64,000 nucleotides of DNA from Camelus dromedarius. Lineage: Eukaryota. Shown one piece after another: positions 41,377 through 54,129 of the stretch; position 1 is the first letter of the stretch, and every line of letters begins with the position of its first letter. The notes below the pieces were generated by a model. It was given only the letters and a program-made list of their open reading frames with translations. It was not told where the DNA came from and ran no database searches. The stretch spans positions 25,856,001 through 25,920,000 of the forward strand of contig NC_087436.1 in assembly GCF_036321535.1 (NCBI RefSeq), given 5' to 3'. The position numbers were made by a program, and so were the translations under genes.

Positions 41377-44300
41377 AGCTGATTCATTGTTTTCTCCTCA
41401 TTGACAGATAGCTGAGGTTGGGGACCCACCTACTGATAACATTATGGTCCAAGAAAAGCCCTACTGTATCCAGTACTAGCCAACCCTCACCTGGCCTTAA
41501 AAATATTGTGCTTTAGTAATATGGGAGAAAAATTAGAGGTGGAATATATGAGTAATTGCGAATACTTCTTTGTGAGGCTGACTTATTCTCTATTTAAAAA
41601 GACCTTTTGGTCATAGTACTAAATCAACTCATAGGAGTGCATTCAGGATGACCAAGTTAATATGTTCTCCTCGCCCATAAATCAAATGTTGACTCAAGGT
41701 TCCTTCAGAATAAGTAGGGAAGAGGTAAGATCCTCAATACTGGAGAAAGTAGAAGGTACTTATAGGAGATCTGGAAAGAGTGAAGAGAGGATAATTAATA
41801 AAACAAACTGTGTAGGACAATTCATCTTTATCTTCAGGTGTGCCAAATTACCTATTTGCAGAGTACTCTGTTATAACAAAAGGCCCTTCCAGTTCTTACG
41901 CTGTACGTTAGATGCTTTTTCCTTTCCACGTTCTTCCAGAGACACAAGGAATGCAAAAAGACCATTTAAACAAATATGCTTAAGGACAAAGATGCTGAGC
42001 AACGATAAAGATGGTAATGTGCTCAGTACATGTTGGTTAGATGAATAAACGGTTCATCATCCAGAACATGAACTCTCCCTTCATGCACTAATACTCCTCT
42101 TTTGTTTTATAGAGTTGTTTTCAAGCCTAGACTTTTCTTTTTTCATTGCTTTCCTCCTATTCTTTCTTCCTGTCGCTTTTGAATGTGCCTCTGAGAGTGA
42201 CACCTTCATTCTTGCCTTGGTTTCTCAATTCTCATGTCTTTAATATTAACATTCTTTTAACTCCCTTGCTGCCAGATTAAACATTCCTTTTAAACATACT
42301 TCTTTGCATACTTTCTACTACTTTTAGTACATGTAAAAGGTCCCTGTTGTCTAAAATGAAACTTCTATCTTTTAGTTTTGCAAAGTTTGATTTGTCAATT
42401 TGTGTTCACTGATCAGCTTGGAATTTTACAGTGTATTTAAAATAACAAATATTTTTTTAAAAATCACTATTTAGCAAAATAGGGAAGAAGGTTATTATGT
42501 CATAGAATAGAACTATCATTGGCTAGGAATTGAGACTCAGTGTTAATCCAGGTTTCAATATTAAATAGTATCAATTTCAATAAACCTCTTAGATGATATC
42601 TGAGCTATGTCTCAGTTATACAGTCTTTTATGTCAGTATGATTTGGAGGGAGGAAAGAATATTATCTGACATTTGGATTCTAGCAAAAAATAGTTTTTGC
42701 TTAATACTTTCATGAAGGAAAATAATTATGAAGAAACTAAAATTTGGAGATTCAGGGCCCATTTTTACTTTAGCTACAAATAAGTCTTATAGAATATTAT
42801 GTTACAGAAAAATATCAGGAGGACGAAAATAAATCATTTGCCACATTTTTGAGGGGAAATTACTCTTTTATAAAGAAAAAGTCTAAAAGGGAATTTTTCT
42901 TTTTTTAACTCCATTCAGCTTCAATCAGTCCAGCTGTCTTTTAGCAGTCAAGCAACCCATTACCACTATTACTGTGTTTGAATCATCATGCCCTTGAGAT
43001 GAACTGCTCGGGGAAAACGGCTTGAAAGAAATACATACATCCACATTGGCATCAGTCTTCAGTCTCTTCTTTTTAGTGGCATTGCTTTCAAGTCAAGTTG
43101 GCTCTTGTCCAAAACAAAACAAAACAAAAAGCAACAGTTAAACAGCTGGTACCAATTATACTAACTTCAATGGGACTCCACACTTAAGTGTCCAAGTAGC
43201 AAACTGGATCTATGATATAATAGATTTGTGATTTTGTACCTTGACCATGGTGCTTGTGCTCAGTTTGCCGATTGGTTTCTGTTTCAAGTAATCTCCAGAA
43301 TTATATACCTATTTTCTCACAATAAGCGTTATTATTTTTGTGTATTTAAGCTCATTAAATTACTGTCTAATTGTATATACACACCAGCAGATCTTATTTT
43401 CTAGGGAAAACCCCAGAAAGTTAGATATAAAAGTTTGAACAAATATTTATCTGATAAATAATATGATAGTCTGGCACGGGGATGTGGAACTTTTAGAGAA
43501 AAATACTATGATAACAAACATGAAGAAATGTACAACATAGATCCTTTTTCTGGCATCAAAGATTATTAGAAATATAGTCCTTCTCAAGTTCACTTTTAGA
43601 AAGAATGGAAAAACTAAGTGTATATACATTATTGATTCATTTAAAAATATTTGTCTTCAGAAGACATACAATGACATTCTGTAACACATTCTTATATTTA
43701 TACTTTATGTTTTATAAAGTTGCCTCACTTTTTCAGGAGCTTAGATTGAAATTTTAGCTGAGAAACTACTCTCTAGAACCAGGCAGTAAATGTTGGCAAT
43801 ATTAAATAGAATTTGGACAGGAAAAATTCCAGTTCATAATTTTAGTTGCTAAGAAGTACAAATTCTAAATTTGGCAAAATATACTGGTTTTAATATGTTC
43901 TACTCTGAAATAGAAACTCTCTTAAGTTTACTTTAGGAAAAAATAATCCATTGCTCTCCATCAAGACAAGCATCTCACAGATCACAAAGAGGATTTTGTA
44001 ACTAGGCAACCAAGGTCAGCAAGACTGTGACCAAGGTTTGGAGAACCAGCTGAACACACACACCAGAAAGACTGAGGACCTAAGCTACAAGGAAGAAAAT
44101 TAATGTTGTCTTTTGAAGCAGTCCTTTTTAAAACCTGTAATTCCATTGCACTACACAGGTGTACACTCTGAAAAACAGCTAAATCTGCTACAGATCCACT
44201 TTTTTGAATAATAAATTATATTTTATTCAAAAGATTTTCTATTATAAATATATCCTAATCAGCCAAGAAACTGGAAAACAAACAAACAACAACAAAACCC

Positions 44301-47300
44301 TTAAATAGGCATTTTTAAAACTGGGTGATTCCACTTGAATAGTACCTGATTACTTATCTTCCTAGGCAAAGCTACATTCTCATAAAGAAAGGACAGATTT
44401 GCTAACTCCTGTAAGGAGAATGTTAAGATGGATGAAATGCTTTCATGAGTTCTCATAAACTTTTCCAAGTAACTGAAATTGATGTTTGTGTTTTTCACAT
44501 CGACAAAGAGCACAGTAGATGATCAACGCTATAAAATCATGGTACCTATCAGAATTCTAGAGAGCAACAAATATGACTAAAATCAAGTACTGTTATTGAT
44601 TTTTAAGTTGACTGTAGAGTTGTTAGTTTCAGAAGCTCAAAACTGGCCAGGGCCTGAAGCCCCAAGTAATTACATCAGAAAGTTGTACTGAATATTTCAC
44701 TCATTTGCACTGTTAGCTGTTGGAATGCCTCAATGAATAAGCAGTATTGTTAACAGCTTTAAAGCTTGCATGTAACTTTGAAGTCTTCTAAATCTCAGCT
44801 GAGCGGCAATTTGGTAGGCAATTTGAGTATATTTGGCTATCATTCTTTCTGGTTACTTTCCACCCATTTTCCCAAAAGCCGGGTTCATATCTGTGAAAAG
44901 AGACTGCCATTGCCTACAGTGTGCCCCAAATTGCTCAGAGAAGCTATGAAGTCATCCTTGTTGCACTGAATTAACATTTAGTTTTATGACATCATATTTA
45001 AATTCTCCCAGTCTAAACCTAATAATGAAAATTCCTGATGCCATTTTAGCAATATGCACCTTGTCAAACAAATACGGTATTTACTGGTCAAAGAAATGAA
45101 AAGAATGGAGGATGTTTTCCTGGATTCAAAATTTCAAATTGTTTTCAAATATTGTAGAGGCACAGAAAAGGCACAGATAAGCATTTTTTTAAATTATACA
45201 CTCACCTCCTCTAACCCTTCCTTCCCACTTCAATTTCTGCCTATTGCACATCTAACTCAGTTTCAATGAGGCCATAATTAAGTGTAACCTTGTTGTTGGT
45301 TTAAAAAGAACCCTGTATATCACAGTAATGCTGTGTTCACTGGGCCTTAGTGTTATCATCTCAGCACAGACGCCTGCCCCGAAACTACAAGCAATGGTCA
45401 CATCTTTCTGTGTGATATTGAGAAAATATATCTGTGTGTCTGTAAGTTTATAGGTGAAAGCATAAGCTGCTTTGTTCAGCAGTATTTTCTGAACTTACAA
45501 CCTTTGCCTCTTAGCTGACCCGCAGGAGGGAGTGTGACTTTCTAATTGTAAGGACTCTAGATACATTTGAGAATTTATGCCCCGGTGGGAAGAACAGGAA
45601 GAAAATAAGATTCAGTAATTCAGGCTCAGGACAATAACTGACTCTATCAGAAGAATATCACACCATATTATCAGCCAGATTGTTTCTAATGCGAACGACA
45701 GTCCTGGTGAGAAAGCCAGGTATGGAATAAAAACCATTTATATATACTTTCAATACATATAGTGCTATGACTATGGACATCATTTTAAAGTTTCGCTTTA
45801 GTACTGTTACAATCAAATCTTTAAACTGTTATATTGTACATACATTTTAAAAAATAAATGAAAAGTATCTAGTTAATGTTTTCTTAGAAACCAAATTCAA
45901 GTTGAAAGAAAGAATATAGCAGAATTTCCAAAGAAATGATTCATAAGCCAAACCTTAACAACATGATTAAATGAGTAAGAGTATTCCTCTAATATATTCG
46001 CTACACATATCCATATATCATTTAGTAATAGAATTAAATTTCTTTAAAAATACTTTATTCAAAGGTCAATCTTTAGACTGGTAAAAAAATGCTGAAAATT
46101 ATTTTAGATGAGAATCATTAGTTGAAAAAGATTACCACTTAGCAGCATAATTTTTTTAGATTTGCTTATATAAATATATCCTCTTTCAACATGTCTATAA
46201 TATGTACTAGGCCTTTTATCTCACCATAAAAATGAATGAGTTTCAAAACAGATTTGCCATAAGGTTTTCATATATTACCAATTTTCACCATAAATGACAT
46301 CTGTGAGCCAGATGGAATTAACAAAAAGTCCCTTTACTTCCTGTGTTGCTCAAGAGAAAATAATACTGATCATTTTAACCTCAAAACAACCACAGTTTTA
46401 TTGTCTGAAGATTATATCATTTTCCACATTTGCTCCTAGAACAAAATGATTTCCACATTAACAGTTTTTTCAATTGATTTTATCTTGTTCTTGAAGGATT
46501 AATGCTTTTTTTTAAAAGTATCTATTGAAAGTTAGAAAACTTCCATATTAACATGAAAATAAACTATTTGGACTTCCACTACAAAGCTAGTTCTCTTACC
46601 ACTATTTTATTATAACTCTGGTAAATGACATAAAGCAAACATTAGCTCAAATTTCAAATTAAGTATTGATATATTCATTTAGTAGTTAAACTCAAAGTTT
46701 TAGAAGTTACTCCCCTGATAATCTAAAATCATGTAAGTTTTATACTAGAAAAACAAAAACCAGAAATCCTCAATTTTCAGGACAGTTCATTTGGTAAAAT
46801 ATCTTTTAGTGTAAATAATTTGATTAACACATTTAGTATTTCATTTTGTTTGTCTTATTCTAGGCACAAACAAAGCAAACAGACAATTGATAAATGAATG
46901 CATTTACTGGAGACACTGCAAAAGAAAAAAACAAGAAGAACAGGAAGACAAAGACTTTTTAACACTAAAGTAGAAATTTATTAAAAAGTTCTATACATTT
47001 GTTAAGTGGAGAAAAAAATGTATAAAAATTTTTTACTGGGCTATGGGGCTCTTAGGATATGTCTTCATTTTTAGCTGAATGCATAATGTTTAATGTTTGC
47101 TAGTCACTATTTCCCACTAGACTGGAGTACTTCATTTCTGTGTACTAAATATTTAAAAGACAAACTCAGTATGGAGGCAATGAAAATTTGATAAATGAAT
47201 GAACTTTTATCAGCTTCATCAATAGCCACCTGCTAATAGTACTTTATCCTACAATTAAAGAATAAATTTTAAATAATATAAATGAATAATTCTTTGTCAA

Positions 47301-49333
47301 AATATACTTAGCTGATGTTTGTCTCACCTATTCATTCTGAAAACAATAAAGAATTATTATTAAATTTTTTTTTCAATTATAAACAAAGCTATAATGAAAA
47401 TGGTCTGGTTCTCCCACAATTCCTTGACATTTTATTTATACATGTGTTAAGTGTTTTAGCTGAGTAAATTTTGCAATAAATTGTTAATGATATCAATAGA
47501 TGTGCAAATACTATCATAATTAGTTTTTCAGATAAAGAAGAAATATGGGGGCTAGATAATTAATCATATTGTATTCTTTACAGAGATAAAATGGCATGTT
47601 GTTAAAACGTATTTTAGTCTTTTGTTTAAAATTTTGATATAAAGCAAATATTTGACTTGAAAGATAATAGAAATTGTCTTGTTAAAAGGAACAATGTTAA
47701 TGTTTTCAATGAGTACTTAAGTCATTCTCAAGTTTGATGAACAATATTAAATTAATTAAATGAATTTTCAGAGGTCTTGTGAAAATATCCATTACTGACC
47801 ATTATCAGAAATTCCAAGTGGCCTTGAATTGTACAACAGTCTATATATATGTGCATGTGTTTGTGCGTGTGTGGTAATATGTATGTATGCATGTATCTAC
47901 CCATCATCTATCATCTATCATCTGTACATCTATTTATCTATCCATCTATACTAGCATCTATCTATTCATCTTGACAGTACTGATAGCCACTTAATAGTGG
48001 CTGTTTTTCTTCATACGGATTTAAACAAGACTAAGGAAACTCTATGCAACTTAATATCTGATATGAAATATCCATTTGTCAATATTTTTCGTTAACTCTT
48101 ACTTTTTTTCCTCATGGGTTTCATAGAGAAAAAGAAATGTTCCAATAATGCTTGACATTTTGGTTAAATGTTTAATATATATTTATAAATAATTATGTAC
48201 AAATACACATTCATATACAAGGATATATTTTCACAAATAGACAAAAATGAGAAGCAATAAAATAAAAGGAATTGCATATATCCAGAAATGTACTCATATC
48301 CTCAAGTGTGAATTCAAAGTCATGTTTTCCCGACCTATTCTATCCTGATTAATATGTTTGTCTGGAAGTTAAGCAAACAAACTAACAAAATGCATAGTGG
48401 AATTAAAATAAGTATATTAGATTTAAAATTTAGAAAGATGCATCCCTATGACAGTATTATTTTTAGTTATTACAGGATACTTGGAGCACAAAATGTATGC
48501 AGGTATGTGTGATTAGACTGAAAAACAATGCAATCTTGACAGGCACTAGGACAGATCCTCCAATACCTAGCCATAAATGAAGATAAACCAGGCAGCGTCA
48601 AACTATAGGTATTTTGAATCTCTATCCTTTTTTTTCTTTTTACTACTTTTTGTGTTGGTTTGGTTTTTCAATAGAGTTATATTATGGTATTCTGACAAAA
48701 TAGCAGTGACCCGCTGTCTGACTCATACAGCATGATTGTTTCCAGAAATGTAGAGATGTGATTTCATTTCCCTTGTCTGTTTTTTTTCCCTCCTTTCTTT
48801 TGTTACAACTATATGGTGGAGTGAGCTTGGGATGCATTTGATATTCCTTATAAACAAACTGGAAAAAAAAAGGCACATGCTGAGGAACAGGGAAGACGGT
48901 TATAAATGATAAGGTGTTATTTTCTACCTGCTTTTAAAATGCTGTTTATCTAATTCATCGTGTGGTGGTCCTTAGAGTATATTGAATATTTGTGTTGAGA
49001 GATTTCAACAATTTCCCTTGCCCCCAAATTACTTCCAACTTGCAAAGAAGGATATGGTAAGTCTATACATTTACACAATTTTTTCATACCATGTTGAAAT
49101 ATTTGTAATATTAGTTCTCAGTCATTAAAGTTTCCAGTATGGGTTCCCAGGGCCTTACATACAGACACACAGCAATTTCCAATATGAAGGGTTCATACTT
49201 GAACAATCAGAGCAATGCAACAATTGACCTTTTTGCAAATCTTTAAACATACATGAGTAGTAGACTTAGGATAGCCATATGGTTTAAATTTCTTCAAATT
49301 AGCCTCTGCTTGTTCAAACATTTAATCAGGGAT

Positions 49334-49538
49334 CAGGGACTGGAAAACTTTTTTTCTTAAAGGGCCAGAGAATAAAATTTTCAGGCTTGTGGGCATTTTG
49401 CTCTTGTTCTTAACTACTCATATCTTCCACTGTAATGTGAAAGTCACTACAGTCAGTATGTAAAAAAGAGATATGGCTACATCCAAATAAAAATTTATTT
49501 ACAAAAACAGAATACCCACTGTAATTTGCTGACTCCTG
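49334..49538 (+). mobile_element. MER58-like hAT MITE
   Basis: CAGGGACTGGAAAACTTTTT...AAAGGGCCAGA...CCAAATAAAAATTTATTTACAAAAACAG...TTTGCTGACTCCTG. Confidence 0.85.
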
Positions 49539-50383
49539 ATGCAGATAATTGTTCAGTATTACTGGGTACCTAGAAACTAATACCTTTATTGACATTAAAA
49601 TTTTCTTTTTGAAAATTAAAAAAGGTTTAAAAGATAGCTGAAAGAGTGTGAGGTAAGTTAAGACATGTTTCTTATCTAGAGTCAAAATAATCAGAAAGCC
49701 AATATTTAAACAATGAAAGTTTGTGTCCATGTACCCTCAAGTAAACAAATGTTATTCTTGGTAAAATATTCCAGTTTTAAGTCTGTGATTTATTAATACA
49801 ATGTATTTCATTTACTATATACTTATTTGAAATGGCCTCAGAAACTAAAAACAAGGCATCAAGAAATTAACCACAAGCCAAAATATTCACTTCTCAAATC
49901 TAATTAGCTTTGTACAAATTGGGAGAGGAGACTGCTCTCCTAAATGTTCCTTTCTGCAATTGTTTGGTGCAAGGTTATATATAATTTAATTGGTTAAATT
50001 AGATCAAACTTGTAAGGATAATATTAAATTTCCTATATTTAATTGATAATTTGTCTGCCTCTCCTATAAATAACTAATAGAGGTATGTTGAAATTTCCCA
50101 CTTTGATTTTAGAAATATCTATTTTTCCTGTTAGTTCTGTAAATTTTTGCTTTATATATTTTGAGCTAGGTTACTAGGTACACACAAATTCAGAACTGTT
50201 ATATATTCTTGGTGGATTATCTCTTTCATCATTATGAAACTTCACTCAAGACTTGGGGTTCACAGTGCTTCTTACGTCTGTAACTTAAACTCTACTGACA
50301 TTAGAGAATTCTCTTAACACTGCAAATATTGATTCTGTACAATCAAGTTTCTCACATTCTAGAACTGCAAATTAAATGTGCAA

Positions 50384-51009
50384 TGTCAACAGAAATAATC
50401 AATAAAAAAAATCTATAACAGTAGTAGAAAAGAGTTTTACTTGAGCCAAATTGAGAACTATAGCCTGAGAGAGAGATTCAAGACACATCTGAACTGTGTT
50501 CCTCTGGACTACAAACTGGGAGAAGCATAGAAAGGTAAAAAACACAAATTTACATAAATTGCTTGTCAAGGATTATAATTTGAGCTGGCAAGAAGTAACA
50601 GTGCTTGTTAAGCAAAGATCTGTTGGGGCTTGAAATAGTTGCACAGTTACAAGGGGAGACCTTGAGACTCTAAGGTTCCAGCTGGCAGCTAGTAAATAGT
50701 GTTTTGAGAGAGGCTGGTGGTATTCTTGAGTCTGATACAGTTCAGAAAATTGAACTTCTCAGTAAAACAGGAACATGTCTTAAGCCATGTCCACAATGGC
50801 CACCCAGCTCCATGTTGAATGTCTGAACCACAGTTACTCCATTTTGATTTTTTAAATACATTCTTTTCTTTAATGGTTAAAGTAGAAATACAGTGCGTGT
50901 TTAATAGGCCACAAGCAGGCTGTTTTGGTTACCCTGAAGTTTAAGTTAAATCATTTACAAGCCAGAGTGTCTTCCCCTTAACCTCAGTATGTAAATATTT
51001 CGTCTATCA
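50384..51009 (-). mobile_element. ERV1-type solo LTR inserted into an old L1
   Basis: TG...CA ends; AAAGAGTTTTACTTGAGCCAAATTGAGAACTATAGCCTG resembles the antisense R/U5 of ERV1 LTRs; L1-like antisense sequence on both sides. Confidence 0.7.
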
Positions 51010-51789
51010 GTATTAACACTTGTTAGTAAATACCATATGCCTCTTGCTGTGTGTTTGTGTCTTTCTGGTTTTGGTTGTGGTTGTTGTTGTTTTTGTTTTG
51101 TTTTGTTTTGTCTTGTTTTGTTAAATGCTATCCTTTAGTTTATATTCTTGCTATTTGTTGAATTATTAAATTCAGTTATGGTATGGTGCTCTTCAGATCT
51201 AGAATTTCTGTATAATATATTTATAAATTCTAGTTCTCTGATGAGACTTCCTGACTTTCATTTAATAGCCTAAACATTTTAATCACAATTATTTTAATCT
51301 CCCTCAGGCAGCTCAAATATATATGACTCTCCTGTGCCTCTGTTTCTGTTGTCTATTTTTCATCTTGATTATTGCCACTCAGCTATTGCATACTTTTATG
51401 CTGGATTAATTCTGTCAAATGTCAGACAATGTAAATTAAAAAGAAAACACTTTAGATTTAATTTGATGCTGTGTATAATTTGTACTCCTCCTGAGAATAT
51501 TTTGTTTCATTTCTGGTAGATAGTTTAATTAAGAGCAGAAAAACTTAATCTAATCAATGATTGAGATGCCTCAAAGCTGAGATTCCTTCAAAGGAAGGAA
51601 TTCTATTTCCTGTAAGCCCTACTGTCAGGGTGTACTTCTTTTGGATTCTCAGATCTCAGAGGGAGAGTTGGTCTAAAATAAGTTCTGTTATAGCTGAAGA
51701 GTAATCTATGGACTCCTTTGTTCACTGACCTTTGGGCTATGTCACACAAAGACAAAGAAACATCAGTTTGGCATTATAGGCATTTTAAA

Positions 51790-52650
51790 TCCTTGCCAAC
51801 ACTTAGTAACATAAGTCTTTAAAATTTTTCCCATTATTGCTTGTGTGAAGTGGTATCTTAATTGTGTTTAAACTTTGGATTTCCCTTGCAGTTAGTGATA
51901 TAGTACATCTTCTTGTGCACTTGCTGATTATTAGCATACTTCTCTTCTGAAGTATCTGTTGAACTATTTGCCTGTAGCATTGTTGGCTTATTATTGAGGT
52001 GTGAGTGTTCTTTATATAATCTGAATATATGTCTTTATCAGAAACATATATTACAAATATTAATTTACATTCTGCAGCTTGTTTTTGTTTTTGTTTTTGT
52101 TTTTAGTTTTTGTAATGGTGCTCTTTAAAGAGGTAAAGCTTTTAATTTTGAGAAAATTCTGTTCATTTTATAAAGGCTCATGCTTTTGGTGTCCTATTTT
52201 AGAAATCTTTCTTTTCTCCAAAAGGTTACACATTTTCTATTAAATTTTCTTCTAAAAGTTTTACATTATTAACTTTTAGTTTCAGATCCACAATCCATTT
52301 TAATTTGATTTTTGTGTATTGTGTGAGCTATGTGTTGATGTTTACTTATCTCTCATATAGATATTTAGTTTTTCCAGCACCGTATGTCAGAAGACATTTT
52401 TCCTTCAATAAACTGTCTAGAACTTTTATTTAAAAGCAAGGATGATATACGTGCATTTCTGACTCTCTATTCTATTCCATTGATCTATATGTTTATCCTT
52501 TCACTAATACAATCCTTTTGATTACTGTAACTTTTTAAGTCTTAAAATCAGGTAATGTATGTTCTATGGATTTATTCTCATTTTTAAAATTACCTTTGTT
52601 GTTCTAAGTTGATTTCATTTCTATATAAATGCTTAATTCTGCTTTTTCTC
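51790..52650 (-). mobile_element. Old L1 ORF2/3' fragment
   Basis: TTTTCCAGCACCGTATGTCAGAAGAC, CTCTATTCTATTCCATTGATCTATATG and GTGAAGTGGTATCTTAATTGTG are antisense L1 ORF2 signatures. Confidence 0.8.
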
Positions 52651-52859
52651 CTCTACCACAAGTGTTGATTCTGAGTCCTCCTTCATAAACTCAAAGATTG
52701 AGAAACTCTTTTCCAGGCACTTGACTTGCAACTCTTCTATTTTATTTATGGTAAATTTAAGGCTCTTTAGAAATGAGTGGAGATTAATGTCACAATGTAG
52801 TACATGGCACGAATGTTATTAGACCCAGGTATTTTTAACTGAGAGCCTCCTTGGCTATT

Positions 52860-53520
52860 AAACATTATTTGTTTTTCCTCCAAACCCCTAATCCAGGTCA
52901 CTATTCTTTCTTCCAAAATGTAGTAGCCTTCTGACTAGTACTCTTTATCACTGGCTCCATCTTATATAAATTCAACATAATGCTGTCAAATGTTTATTAT
53001 GTTTACAGAAATAATATTACCTCATACTAGATACCCTAAGTGGATGTTCGGTGCACAAAGAAAAAGAAATCCCAAATCCCTTATTGTTGCTAAACAAGTA
53101 TATGTTTCCGTTTCTTACCTTTCCAGGCTCACATCCATCCACTCTCGACCTTATTCTTTTGCTCTAGTCTTATTGGCTTTCTTTCAGTTCCTGGAATTGA
53201 GTAAACTCTCACAAAGGGCTGTTGTGCATGGTGTTTTTTCTCTGCCTGGAATGCTCATCCCCTCAGTCTTCTCATGGTTGGTTCGTCCTTATCCTTCAAA
53301 TTTGTTTAAACAGTCTTTCCTGAACACTATGTAGTTGCTCTGTTATCCATCACAAAGCTTGTGTGTTCCTTTTACAATTTATATTTTTTAAATTATTTTA
53401 CAATTTTGACATTCTCCTGTACAAGGGATGATTGTGTCTATCTTGTTCTACTGTTTCTGAATCTCCAGTGATTTGCAGAACATCTTGAAAATAGTAGTGT
53501 TAACATGCACTGAAGTAAAT
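52860..53520 (+). mobile_element. Degenerate L2 LINE 3' part
   Basis: TTCTTTCAGTTCCTGGAA...TCTCTGCCTGGAATGCTC...GTCTATCTTGTTCTACTG. Confidence 0.65.
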
Positions 53521-53793
53521 AAAAAATTTCCATATCTTCTGGAATCATTTTGCCATTTCCACTCTCTTAATATAACCACTTTTCTAAGTTTATTTACTTT
53601 CTCAGGCTTCTTTGTACTTTGCTTCTGAAATAGGATATGATACTATTGAATATCTCTTCTTAAATTTATCCTCTTGTCTTCTTTGATTCCATACTTTCTA
53701 GTACTATTGTTTTTCCAATAAGTTTAACATTTTGTTCTTTGGTCAAATTCATGAATTTTACCTATTGCTAATGTTCAGTCTTCTCAAACCTAG

Positions 53794-54129
53794 TGTTGTA
53801 GTTCATTTGGGCATCTATAACAAAATACCATATATTGAGTGGCTTAAACAATAGACATTTATTTTGCACAGTTCTAGAGGTTGAGAAGTCCTACGTTCTA
53901 CTGCCAGCAGATTCAGTTCTTGGTGAGGGTCCTCTTCCTGGCTTGCAGAAAGCTCTGGTGTCTCTTCATCTATTTATAAGGGCATTAATCCCATCATGGG
54001 GTTCTACCCTAATGACCTCATGTAAACCTAAATTACCTCCCAAAGACTCCACCTGTAATTCCATTACATTGGAGGTTAGGGCTTCAACGTATGAATTTTG
54101 GGAGGGACAGAAATATTCAGAGCATAATA
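53794..54129 (-). mobile_element. MLT1A/MST-like MaLR solo LTR
   Basis: CTATAACAAAATACCA...GGCTTAAACAATAGACATTTATT...GGCTTCAACGTATGAATTTTGGG. Confidence 0.9.

Noticed and set aside
41662..42048. 128-aa plus-strand ORF
   Set aside because: No recognisable domain, splice context or codon bias; the length is attainable by chance and the end looks L2-like.
43037..43106. Minus-strand mini-exon encoding an NLS-like ATKKKRLKTD with a GTATGT donor
   Set aside because: Very short, contains an in-frame TGA, and its acceptor is supplied by a (TTTTG)n repeat; insufficient support.
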